Below, piece by piece: positions 26,477 to 38,085 of a stretch of 64,000 bases of DNA (within the stretch, counting starts at the first letter, position 1; every line of letters begins with the position of its first letter). Location: NCBI RefSeq assembly GCF_001447785.1, contig NW_015165858.1, forward strand, positions 434,001-498,000. Reading direction: 5' to 3'. The DNA is from Gekko japonicus. Its lineage: Eukaryota. The notes beneath the pieces are model-generated. The model was not told the origin of the DNA, did not search any database, and saw nothing but the letters and a program-made list of their open reading frames with translations. A program made the translations under genes and the position numbers.

Positions 26477-26691
26477 CCAGGTGGGCAGCCATATTGGTCT
26501 GTAGTAATAGAAGAAAGTTAGAGTCCGGTGGCACCTTTAAGACCCACAAAGTTTGGTCAAGGTATGAGCTTTCAGGAGCACACACACTTCTTCAGACACA
26601 ATGAAATGAAATTATGTCTGAAGAAGTGTGCGGCACCTGAAAGCTTATACCTTGAATAAAACTTTGTGGGTCTTAAAGGTGCCACTGGACT
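26477..26691. mobile_element. PLE fold-back remnant with hammerhead cores on both strands
   Basis: Long inverted arms; perfect TSD CCAACTGGTATTT (26464-76, 26692-704). Confidence 0.75.
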
Positions 26692-27615
26692 CCAACTGGT
26701 ATTTGAATGACTTTGGGAGCACTATTTACAGATTTCACTCCTAATAAAGAAATGACAAGCAACAAAAGCAATAGGCCTGAAACACAGCTACCATAAAGAA
26801 ACAGGCTGAAGTCAGTCAAGAAACAGGTAAAGACTTCTAGTCTCTGAAAACGGGTGTTTCCCCAAGCAGCGGTAGCACCAAAACAAAGTGGAAGGGGACT
26901 GTAGAGGTATCAACCAAACTAGAATAGGGGTCTGGTGGTACCTAGCTTTATCATTGCCATAGTGGATGTGCCAGTCCTGGTGACCCTGCTAGTCCTTCCG
27001 CTGGTTCCCAAAGTGGGCAATACCACCCCCTGGGGGGTGCTGGAACGATCCAGGTGCAGATCCACAAACTGTATCTTTTTGTCCACTTCTTGAAGGTAGA
27101 TTTCCAGGGGGGTGCTGAGTAATTTTTTTTCTGAAAAGGGGGTGGTAGGCCGAATAAGTTTGGGAACCTCTGCCTAACCACAAATCATGTGAGGATTGTC
27201 ATGTGTGGACTGCAAATACTGGGCATACCAATTCAGCACACCCAGCACTCACAAAAGTCTCTGACTGGAAGAATACTTTAAAGGGGGCAAAACACAGGCT
27301 AGATCATCTTCAGAGATCTTGAAAGCATCAAACAGATTGTGTGGATTTCTCATTTGGAGAAATGATTAAGACCAGTTTTGCTTTTTAGCTTGGTTTCTCT
27401 ACATGAGTCAGGCAACAGTCAGACTCTTCTTGCATTTATACTGAGTCACTTTCCTAGAAGGGGGAGGGGGGGATTTCATGTAAATTTGATAGCTGGGAAA
27501 ATTAAGCCAGTTATTCATACAATAGAATGAACAAATAAGATGCCGGATTTCAGGCCAACATTTAAAACATACTAGATGGCATACTGCTTCCATGAACCCT
27601 CACTCTCAATTATTT

Positions 27616-27845
27616 CAGGTGGGTAGGCGTGTTGGTCTGAAGCAGCAGGACAAAGTTTGAGTCCAGTGGCACCTTTAAAACCAACAAAGCTTTATTCAAG
27701 GTATAAGCTTTTATGTGCAAGCTCCCCCCCCTTCCTATATGTAATTCTGTTTTACTGTATCTGAAGTGTTCTTGCACACAAAAGCTTATTCCTTGAATAA
27801 AATTTTATTGGTCTTAAAGGTGCCACTGGACTCAAACTTTGTTCT
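27616..27845. mobile_element. PLE fold-back remnant
   Basis: Inverted arms; TSD TCAATTATTT (27606-15, 27846-55). Confidence 0.72.
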
Positions 27846-27909
27846 TCAATTATTTAGTTACTTAGTTGTTTTATCCAATTTAACAGCTCCAGTACCTATT
27901 TTTATGCCT

Positions 27910-28290
27910 GTGAGAACATCCCCACCAGATCAGACCAAGGGTCCATCTAGTCCAACATTCCGTTTCCCACAGTAGGCAGCTGGACATACTGGGGATGACG
28001 GCCACAGCCTTCCCTTGCAGTTTGCCCTCTGCCAACATCTCTTCAGAGCAATACTCCCTCTGAAAAGGGAGGTTCTATTTAGCAGTCATGTTTAACAGTC
28101 ACTGATGAACCTATTCTCCCATGAATTTGCCTAAATCCCCTTTAAACCATCAAAGCCAGCCATAACTACATCTTGGCCAGAAAATTCCATATATCAATTG
28201 TATACTAAGCGAAGACATACTGCCTTTTATTTGTCCTACCAATTAATTTCTGTGACCCAAAGTTATCTTATATTATGAGAAGGGAAGGGA
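27910..28290 (-). mobile_element. Decayed CR1 3' fragment
   Basis: GATCAGACCAAGGGTCCATCTAGTCC terminus, similar to the 44262 copy. Confidence 0.6.
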
Positions 28291-28444
28291 ATCTGTTTGA
28301 GATCACATGGCAGAGCCACCCATGAATATGTGCAGATATGTAGTTTTTATGATTGCTCCATACCTTAACTTCAACAGCTTTTACTAATATGAAAACAAAG
28401 ATGCCATGCTTCAGTTTCTAGGATAGTTCTCCCACACAACCTAA

Positions 28445-28723
28445 AGAGCCAGTTTGGTGTAGTGGTTAGGTATGTGGACTCCAATCTGGGAGAACCGGGT
28501 TTGATTCCCCACTCCTCCACTTGCACCTGCTGATATGACCTTAGGTCAGTCACAAGCTCTGGCACAGCTGTTCCTGAAAGAGCTGTTTGTGTCAGAGCTC
28601 TCTCAGCCCCACCCACCTCACAGGGTGTCTGTTGTGGGGAGGGGAAGGGAAAGGAGTTTGTAAGCCGCTCTGAGACTCCAAGTGAAGGGCGGGGTATAAA
28701 TCCAATCTCTTCTTCTTCTCTTC
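28445..28723 (+). mobile_element. tRNA-derived SINE (Squam3-like)
   Basis: GAGCCAGTTTGGTGTAGTGG A box, GGTTTGATTCC B box, TCTTCTTCTTC tail. Confidence 0.88.
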
Positions 28724-28999
28724 TAAAATTGATTGTTTCCTCTTATATAAGAAATTCTGGGTCACTTAATTAAATTGGTTGGCACCAGATTCAGCAAGGC
28801 CAAAAGGAAGTACTACAAGATTTGGTGATGGCGACAGATGCTCCTGCAGAAGGATTTTTCATGGAGGACAGATTTATCAGCAGCTATTAGACAGGGGTAG
28901 AAGCATACAGCCAACAAATTAGCTTAGGATAATTCCACAGTAATGTGTTAAATTGCCTCGGGCAACATACACTGAAGGAATTGCAGTACCACATAAGTT

Positions 29000-29780
29000 C
29001 AAGGGTCCCCAACCTTTTTGAGCCTGTGGGTACCTTTGGAATTCTGACACAGAGTGGTGGGTACAACCACAAAATGGCTGTGGCAGGAGGTAGAGCCAAC
29101 CACAAGATGTCAGGGAGTGAGGTTATGCATAACTCTAACAGTAACTTCAACCCAGATCCAGGTGGGCAGCCGTGTCACAGTTTATTACTCTTAGAAGGAT
29201 ACTTCTACACATCTATCTCCTATTTTGACATATTTATTACTTCACTGTTCCCCCCAAAATCCAAATAAATGGTGACCATATGAACTTAGCTTATTATTGC
29301 TATTTAGTCTTTGCATATGTCAAAACATCTTCATTAAGTTGTATGCTAATTTGCTGTTCACCTATGTAGAACTGTTAATTTACATTTCAATGTGTCTGAG
29401 GAAGTGTGCATGCACACTAAAGCTCATACCTTGAATAAACTTTTGTTGGCCATAAAGGTGCCACTAGACTCAAAATTTGTTCAGTAACTTCAACATTTCA
29501 GGTAGAAGCTCTGCTTAATAGGATGCCTTTTTAAATAAACATATTTCAAAATATTTTCTTGCTTATCTTCAGTCACGCAGTAAAGATATTTCTGCTAGGG
29601 TGGCAACTGCTGCTAAAGATTTTTTTTAATCTGCATAGCCCATCGGAGCTTCCATGGTCAGTCAGAAGCCCTGCTTGGAAAAATCCCCACCCAACCCTAG
29701 CCACTCTCTAAAAGCAGTTGGCGGGCACCAGGAAAGATGTTGGCAAGTGTCACATTGCTCAGGGGTACCATGCTGATATA
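29000..29780. mobile_element. hAT (Charlie-like) MITE, same family as 12287, interrupted by a PLE
   Basis: Starts CAAGGGTCCCCAACCTTTTTGAGCC; internal similarity to 12287-12961; right end decayed. Confidence 0.6.
29152..29481 (+). mobile_element. PLE remnant nested inside a hAT MITE
   Basis: Perfect TSD CAGTAACTTCAAC (29139-51, 29482-94); hammerhead motif 29392-29429 with G12>T. Confidence 0.72.
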
Positions 29781-30551
29781 GTTTGTCTACCTCTCAAAGA
29801 TCTCTTCCCACTCCTCAAAATGGCACATAACGCTCCTCCTTCCTGTCCTTAGGGTACGTACAAGGTTTTAATTCCAGCCAAAAACTTTCCCTAACCTCAC
29901 AGGAGCTGGACTGCAAATGAACAGTTCTGCTTGCTGAAGAACTGGAGTAATTATTAACGTTCCATGCCATCCCATCAGCTCAGCCAAACTACACCTGAGG
30001 CTTTACCTCCTCAAAACACAATACTGTGCAGATAGCTAAAAGGCACCTCTGCCTTCAGGCACTGGGTTCTGAGAGACAAATGACAGGCACAGAGGATCCC
30101 CGTAAGACCCCGTTACATGAGCTTTCTATATGCTACTGGCTGGTAATTACTGGAACTATCTGCCAAATATCCAGCAAATGTATGATTTAAAAATAAACCT
30201 CATGCAGCTGTTTAAGACTACTGAAAAGTTTTTAAAAGCTTGTCCTCATCACTCTGTTGTTTGCCTTGGAGTTGTTTTGCTTTAGCCGCTTTACTCTTTT
30301 GCACTAAGTCTGGAAACAATGAGAAATGCATGCATGACAAAACAGGTTTTGGAAATTTTCTGAATATATCTCTGAAAATGATACTTCACACAAACCTCTA
30401 TTTTAACAACACGCATGATGCCCAATATAGCATTTTCCACTGAAAATGGGCAAACTTATTTTAGTATCAGTTTATTATAAATATTTGAACCATAACACTT
30501 AAAAAAATATATCTGCAAGCCAGTGAGCTACGTCAGCTTATTTCCATGGTG

Positions 30552-30716
30552 GGGAGAGGTTGTGGCTCAGTGGTCAAGCATCTACAGAAGGTCCCAGGCT
30601 CAAATCCAGGTATCAGATAGTAGGTGAAGTGCCTGAGAGCCTATACAGCCCATGTTGGTCACAGTAGACCACAGTGACCTTGACAGATCCGTAGTCTGAA
30701 TATAAGGCAGCTTTGC
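30552..30716 (+). mobile_element. Decayed tRNA-head SINE with CR1-like tail
   Basis: TGGCTCAGTGG A box, degenerate B box, 3' part resembling the CR1 tails at 44262 and 27910. Confidence 0.5.
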
Positions 30717-31789
30717 CTATTCCAGAAACATCATCATTTTACTTATAAAATGCCTATGGGTGACACGCTATAAAAGAGAAAAAAGGAAATCGTTAAGATC
30801 ACAGCCCACAAAAACAAAAATAGTTCTACCTGGCACCAGAATTCTGCTTTCTGTAATCATTCACGGAGATCATGAAAATAATTAAAATTTTAACATCTGA
30901 CTATCAGGCAGCCCTTATGACATAGAGCAGACTCATCCTACCAAATAATCAGGAAGTCATTCAACAGATTCCTTTCTCATCTAAAACAACCTAAGTACCC
31001 TTCTCTGCCCCTGTCTGTTATGAACTGTTCCAGGTTATCAGTGCTAACGATACATAGAAGGTTCACTGCTAAATTAGGACCTCCGCCACCATTTTACAGT
31101 CAACACTGATTAGTGAGATCAGGCAATACTGAAAACAGACATTCACATTGCTCGTGCTGTACAGGGAGCTGCAATAGCAAATTCACACATATGGGCGTTC
31201 ACTCCTAGCAATCCACAACCACCAGTTCTCTGAACACCAGAAAAAGAAGCATGTACATGAACAGTGTTAGGTAGGAAAAACTCACATCACACCATAAAAG
31301 ATCTATTTTGTAAAATGGTAGGAAGCCCAGTATTAAATACATCAATAATTCTCAAAATGTGTTCCAGAAACCTCTGGGGTCAGCAAGAAGTCTTATAACG
31401 GTGGAGATGGAGAAGCTACCCTCAAAGATGCCTTGCCTGACTGTTAACCTTCCTTTGAAATTTGCAGTTTCAGAGGAGCTTTATGCTGCACTCTAGGGTA
31501 CGCTAATTTCACATGAAGCGACAACAGCGACAGTGTACAGGCCTGATCCATAGCACTCTGAGTGTATACCGCAGGATCATGGTCTTCAACTTTTCTAAAC
31601 CTAAGAGCTACCTTTAGTTCTTGATGACTCTGCAAGCATGTGACATGGTCATGTGATGGGAAGAGGGAGGGCCACTGAGACCTTGACTGGCTGGGGTCAA
31701 GGCACCACAATTAGAAGCACAGGTTGCAGACCAAGAGATCCAGAGACAGAAAATACAAGCTGAGTATCACGAAGTATACCATGAGTAAA

Positions 31790-32072
31790 GAACAAAGAAT
31801 CACAATGGAAAGGTCCTCTTTGTCTGTCCCATCAATCAAAGAAAGCTCATCTGGTGAGTATATGAGAGAGGGCCTTTTCAGTGGCAGCCCCGTGATTATG
31901 GAATCACCTCCCCAGGGAAGTGCACCTGGCCTCCTCCATTCCTGATCCTTAGGAGGCAGCTGAAGAGTTTTATTCATAAGGTATTTGATCAGTTCTTCTT
32001 CCTACTGGCAGTTTTAAATTGCTGATTTTAATTAGTGGTTGTAATGTATTTTATGGTAAATAAATAAATAAA
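31790..32072 (+). mobile_element. Decayed L2 3' fragment
   Basis: RAFSVAAP*LWNHLP motif and (TAAA)n tail. Confidence 0.6.
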
Positions 32073-33812
32073 ATGGAGGTGGCCTCGCCCCCTCACATCC
32101 TGCTGCTCCTGCTTTCTGTGTGTGCCCAGAAAGGCAGGAAGTGTGATGATCTTGCTCTCCACGCATGTGTACTTGGCAGCATATCTTTCCATAAAGAAAG
32201 GGAGGGGGGAAGGCAGAACAACAGTGTCTTATGGCCCAGCATGGACTCTGTGACCCACAGGCTGAAGACTCTGTGACCCACAGACCTAGAACACTTCCTG
32301 GAACCATCTGTAAACACAGGGGCTCTACTGCAGAAATACAGGGATTTCTCAGCAGATGCTGTACTTTCAAACCTAGAAAGTTTGCAAGTCATTGTACTAT
32401 GTCTATAAATATCACCTTGTTTCTTATTCGCACAACAAAAAAATTCTCTGCACAAACAAAAAACCAGCACACCAAGGAGGAGGCTAGGCTAAACCTGTAT
32501 CTGCACGTTAGACTTTTATCTCACCCAGGTCTAATAAATCAAGTCTTCATGCAAAATAATTTCAACAAAGTACTTTGCCACATTAGGCACCGTCCATAAG
32601 CACATTGAGTCAAATGATTTATATCCTAGTTTCGAAGCATACATTAGCTCACACAATTCACATCATTGTGTGCTTCAGCAAAGGAACCCTGGCATTACAC
32701 TACACATCTTTGGATATATTCCACGTATACAGATTTCCACTTCCCATGGTGGCCACCTGTACATTCACACCACGTGATGAATGCAAACAGTGTATAGAAG
32801 GCCACGTTAGTGTACATCTTCATTCAAATGCACCTTTGGCGTACAACCTCTGACAAAAAAAAAAGCAGCATTACCCAAAGGCCAAGAAATGAAGTTGGGC
32901 CACACCTGCAATGTTGGAAAAACCCATTCCTATCAGTTGTTTCGGACTTCCATGACGGTGGCAGCACTTTTCAGACTCCACAGTCACACTGATTGCTGCT
33001 TACTGTATTCTCAGATTGCCCAGCACATACATTATACTCGACCAAGTGGTCCATATCTGAGCGTGGGAGGAGCTAATCTCTTGGACAAAAGAGGAGCCAT
33101 GTGTGAACAGCATTTCTTAATGTATCTTACTTGACATATCCTGATAGACAGCCAAGACACACATACTGTCATGTCTAATATTTACTTTGGATTTTTCAGC
33201 TAGGTTCACACTCTCAATATAGTCTGGTCTCGCACCTAATACTAAATAGATGTAAACAATATTCCAAACAAACATGCATTCTGCTTTCTTCGGAACATCT
33301 GTTAACATTTGAGCTCCTATACTCCTTTTCCCATAGCTTGCTTCTTCCAACTACAGCTACAGTTGTTAAATTATCTATTGGAGAGGGGACAACAGTATTC
33401 TACTCCTTCCCTTATTGGGCAACGTAGATGAGCTCTACTTAAAGGCCATGGGTATAATACACTGACGCTTTCATTATACACAAGGAAATAAAGAGTTTGC
33501 AATCCAGGAGCCAGTCAGTCAGCTGTAATTACACTATTGTCTCACACTATCATCTCAGCAATTAAAGAACACACACATTCATCAAAAGTCTTTTCAATAA
33601 AAGTGATTCACGTGTTTAGCTGAAAATCAGTGAAAGAGGAGACTGAATGATTTATTTGTACAATGAGTTAACAAGCTCCTTGACAAGGAGCTTTTTCCTA
33701 GCCACAGGTGATGGGAGGGCCAAAGGACCATTCCCATATGCTAAGTTGAACTAAGTGCAAAACAAAGTCTGAGGCCAGTGGCACCTTTAAGACTAACAAA
33801 GTTCTATTCAAG

Positions 33813-33850
33813 GGACAAGCTTTCGTGTCCATCCACACTTCTTCAGATAC
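33813..33850 (-). ncRNA. Minimal type I hammerhead ribozyme motif (PLE-type), core intact
   Basis: GUAU-CUGAAGA-A-GUGU(GGAUGG)ACAC-GAAA-GC-UU/GUCC: 4-bp stem II, palindromic AGCU stem III, imperfect stem I. Confidence 0.65.
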
Positions 33851-33919
33851 TGTATCTGAAGCAACAGAACAAAGTTAGAGTCCAGTGGCACCTTTAAGAC
33901 CAACAAAGTTATATTCAAG

Positions 33920-33957
33920 GTATAAGATTTCGAGTGCACGCACACTTCTTCAGATAC
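33920..33957 (-). ncRNA. Minimal type I hammerhead ribozyme motif (PLE-type), core intact
   Basis: GUAU-CUGAAGA-A-GUGUGC(GU)GCACUC-GAAA-UC-UU/AUAC: perfect 4-bp stem I, one mismatch in stem II. Confidence 0.6.
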
Positions 33958-34450
33958 AATGAAATGGAAGTTACCAGTCCATACATATAGGTAGAGGGTG
34001 AACAGTAAATTAGCATACAACATAATGAAGATGTTTAACAGATTCAAGGGCCAAACAGGAATAACAAGTTTAGTGTATATGGTTATCATTTGTTTGGGCT
34101 TAATTCCAGAGAAAAACATAGTTTAGGAAATAAATATATCAAAATTGGAGTTTGATGGGCTGATGCACTCTTCTCCTGTTTGGTCCTTGGTCTTAAAGGT
34201 ACCACTGAACTCAAACTTTGTTTTGCTGCTTCAGACCAACATGGCTACCCACCTGAATCTAGTAAGTGATAAGGCACATTCAAAACATTTCATCACTTAA
34301 ACTCAAGACATTTTAACACTATAATGAAAAGGGTGCATATGTTTCATCTGTATATTTGTTAGAAGAAAGAATCCATTGTTTGATATTTCTATAAAGCATT
34401 GCTAATATTAATTGCAACTCAAACAGCTGCACCAATTCGAAAGAGAGGTT

Positions 34451-34725
34451 AAGAAGAAGAAGAAGAGAAGAAGAGATTGGATTTATACCCCGCCCTTCAC
34501 TTGGAGTCTCAGAGCGGCTTACAAACTCCTTTCCCTTCCCCACAACAGACACCCTGTGAGGTGGGTGGGGCTGAGAGAACTCTGACACAAACTGCTCTTT
34601 TTCAAGGACAGCTGTGCTGGAGCTTGTGACTGACCCAAGGTCACATCAGCAGGTGCAAGTGGAGGAGTGGGGAATCAAACCCGGTTAGAGTCCGCACACT
34701 TAACCACTACACCAAACTGGCTCTC
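34451..34725 (-). mobile_element. tRNA-derived SINE (Squam3-like)
   Basis: Near-identical to the 3645 copy, with a ~10-bp deletion between the A and B boxes. Confidence 0.85.
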
Positions 34726-35559
34726 TTAAACAGCTACCATATGAGAAAGTACATTTTGCCACTGTGTCTGACAAGAAGCAACAACTGATCTCAGCTCCCT
34801 GGGGCCTGCAAAGTGGGAATGTGCTGCATACCCACATACATAGGTCAAAAAGTAATGTGTTAAGTACAACAAATTGTAAAGGTCATGGATAGCAGGCTTG
34901 GCCAAAGGAGACCCAGATTGTGGTCATACAGCTGATTTCAGTGGAGATTTATTTGCAAGTAAGTTTGCTTGTAACTCAGATAATGATGTTCTCAGCCTAC
35001 AGATATTGTGAGAAGGAATTACAAAGCAAATTGCAGACTAAATAAGGAGTCAACACTGTGGAAAAGGAAGACAAATATTAAATGACAGTAGTTATACATG
35101 CATCACAGGATGTTTTTAGACATAGATTTGTTGTACATTTTTAAAGCTTATCCTTCATCACTTAGTATATTTCTACACATGTTCCGGACAAAAACAATGG
35201 GCTTTCTCTTTATGGACAATGTTTCTAGAGCAATGTTTCTCCAAGCATGCACATGCACACCACTCTACAGAAAACAAGCAATTTTAAAAAGCATTGAACA
35301 AAAGCATCTTTCAGTATCATCACGAGACTCCTCCTGAAACCTTCCTGAAACAGCAAGGCCTGTTCAAAATGGATGAACATCTTACTGTCTTAACCTACAG
35401 CTAGTCGTAGTAGTAGTACATACACAATCTAGTTCGGGCGGAAAATGCAGCACACGATGACGATTCATTCCAACGACTGTTTGGGTTTGCGAGGACCACA
35501 GCAGCTAGCAGACCATCCAACCCTCCAAAAAACCCAAACCCCATAAGAGTCAGCTTGAT

Positions 35560-36515
35560 ACCCCTTCCCAGGCTCCTCCGACCTCGCTAAAAGCCGAGGG
35601 TTGCTCCTGTCCCTGAAAAACGGATGCCCTCAAGTTTCTGCATCGCACAAAAAAAAACAGCGCCTCGACAACACCGCGAGCAGAAAAGCCACCCTGTCAG
35701 AGACTCCCTCTTCTGTTGTCATCCGCGGCACCCGCGTTTCCAGCAAAGGCCGTCCTGATGACACCGCAGCACCTGGATCGCCCCTTTCCCCCACACGCAC
35801 AGAAATGGAGCCACCCGGACCCGAGGGAACCGAAGACGTGCCGTCGCCGCCGTCCCCAGCCTCCCGCGGGGACAGCTCCAGGCTAAACAGGAAAGGCCGC
35901 CTCTCCTGTCAGTCCCAGCCCAGGGTGGGAGACCTCTGCCGGTCACCTGCCCTCTCCCCCCGCCCCGGCCGCCGCTCGGGGTTCGCCTGCGGGTCTGCAT
36001 ACCGCAGAGAGCCGACACTTCCCCCGCCGCGGGCGGCAAGCCGGAGGGTTGCCTGGGACCCAGCGAGAGGGGGGGAGGAGGAGGAGGGGGGAGAGCCCTT
36101 TTGCAAGCGAGCTGGCTTACCTCGCGGCGGCTGTGGGGTCCAGGTGAGCCCCGCTCTGCTTCACCGAGCCCTGCAGACCATGCCGGGCAGAGGCCGACCT
36201 GCCCTCCCGCCTTCGGCCCGGGGAGCCACTGCAGCCCCTCCCTCCCGCTGCGGCTGCTGCTCCTGCTGCTCCCCACACCCCAAAGCAGCTCCCACAGCCG
36301 CCGCAGCCCCGGCACCCGAACGCGCAGCCACTCCGCCGGCTATGACGCCACAAACCGCTCCGGCTCCTCCTCCGGCTCCCGCGCTTCGGCGGCTCGGCCC
36401 CCTGCAGGACAGCTGCCGCCACTGCAGGCCCCTCCCCAGCCCCAATCGCGCCGATGGGACTTCGAGGGAAAGGTGCGTCCACGGGCCAGATGCAGAAGGG
36501 CGCGGCTCAGCCCTC
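35560..36515 (-). promoter_or_regulatory. CpG-island promoter with non-coding first exon (~36400 to 36121) of a leftward-transcribed gene, candidate INPP4A by synteny
   Basis: Very GC/CpG-rich; strong minus-strand donor CGAG|GTAAGC at 36121/36120; CRE-like TGACGCCA 36343-36350; no recognisable coding sequence. Confidence 0.7.
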
Positions 36516-36825
36516 CAAATGGGGACCATATATATCCAAGTTTGTTCCTGTTTGGTCCTTGAATCTGTTCAACATCTTCATTGTGCTGTATACTAACTTA
36601 GTGCTCACCTATAGGTATAGAATGGGAACTTCCATTTCGTTGTATCTGAAGAAGTAAGGGCGCGGCTCAGCCCTCCAAATGGGGACCATATATATCCAAG
36701 TTTGTTGTTCCTGTTTGGTCCTTGAATCTGTTCAACATCTTCATTGTGCTGTATGCTAATTTAGTGCTCACCCTCTACCTATAGGTATAGAATGGGAAAT
36801 TCCATTTCGTTGTATCTGAAGAAGT
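36496..36825. repeat. Tandem duplication, 160 + 170 bp
   Basis: Units start AAGGGCGCGGCTCAGCC at 36496 and 36656. Confidence 0.92.
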
Positions 36826-36938
36826 GTGCTTGGACAGGAACGCTTATATACCTTGAATACAACCTTGTTGGTCTTAAAGGTGTCACTGGACTCGGACTTC
36901 ATTCTGCTGCTTCAGACCAACACGGCTACCCACCTGAA
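36524..36938 (+). mobile_element. PLE pseudo-LTR fragment, partly tandem-duplicated, abutting the CpG island
   Basis: Homologous (reverse) to 33866-34085; ends CAGACCAACACGGCTACCCACCTGAA. Confidence 0.72.
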
Positions 36939-38085
36939 CAATAGTATCCCTATCGTCTTTCTTGCGCATCTTCCCTTAGATAGGGTGGGGAAATGATTTG
37001 TCACACTATACCTCACTTATTCAGGGTGGGCTCTGAATTCACAAGGAGTTCCTCAGCTCTGTTATTTCCTTGCACACATAGTTGCAAGCATTTTTATCAC
37101 TTCTTCCCCATCCTCTAGTTAGAAGGGCATTGAAAAATAGAAATCAAGTTTCAGATAAGAACTCTTCTTCACAAACGCAGTACTGTTAACACATGTCACA
37201 CTTGGCCTTCTCTTGGGATGAGTTAGCTTCTCCTTTACACCTAGGTGGGCGCAGGCAGATGATTTGGTGATTCTTTTTGTACTTACCTGTGAGTCTATGT
37301 TAAGGCCCGGAAAGAAACTGAAAGCCTTCTTCAGATTAAAAGATTGACAGTGAAATCCTAAACACAAGTACAGTCTAAAGCCATTGAAGTCAATGTACTT
37401 AGAAGGGTGTAACTTAGCTTTAAAAAGTTTCCAGCACTGATGCCATGAAACAGTAATACCTCATACTCCATTAAAAACAAACAAGCAGAAATTCTTAACA
37501 CGGATGTTCTGCAGTATCTGCCACCAAGAAAAACATTTTCAACTTTATTCCCTTCTTGCAAAGGTCAAAGGATCAAGGCTCCATCACAATCTCATGTATA
37601 GAATAGGAATGTGAGAAGTTGTTTGGCAAGGTACTTCCACTGAGACAATGCGTGTTAAGAATTACACATTTATAGATCCATCACTAACAAAATTGGCAAC
37701 CAATTTGTTTTGAAAGAATTATAATCCTTTTGTTTTTTATCATTTTGATCTCATTGAGCAAAGGCTTGCCTTCGGGGAAATCTTTAGGTAAATCAATGCA
37801 ATATGAACGATACTTCAGTCCAAGTAGGAGACTGGCCTATATAGATGCAAACAAAAAATCCTTAACAATTCTGTGCTGTTATTTTATTAAAACATACCCC
37901 TTTCTTATTTCTAATAAGTAAGAATACAAACCAGCCATGCAAGGCTGCAGTCTGGTACATTAATCTGGAAGCAAAGCTGTACTGAGCACAATGGAATTTA
38001 CAAGTAAAAAGGCATAAACATTTACAAGTAAACACATATTTACTGGAAGGAAGTCCAGTTGAACTCAATGTGAATTACATTTGAA

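Larger units (their letters stand above)
33758..34261 (-). mobile_element. PLE remnant with tandem pseudo-LTR ends, two hammerhead motifs and an inverted terminus
   Basis: Direct repeat of the LTR end (33758-33850, 33866-33957) plus an inverted arm ~34187-34261. Confidence 0.75.

Noticed and set aside
28445-28525. tRNA-like sequences with A/B boxes
   Set aside because: SINE heads without a complete cloverleaf, followed by SINE body and tail
1-35500. Coding exons of INPP4A or another gene
   Set aside because: No ORF or splice-bounded segment I could recognise on either strand; small exons could have been missed by eye
35601-36596. 331-aa + strand ORF and overlapping 120-200 aa ORFs
   Set aside because: Low-complexity P/A/R/G-rich translations from a stop-poor CpG island, open in several frames on both strands, non-ATG start, runs into a PLE fragment
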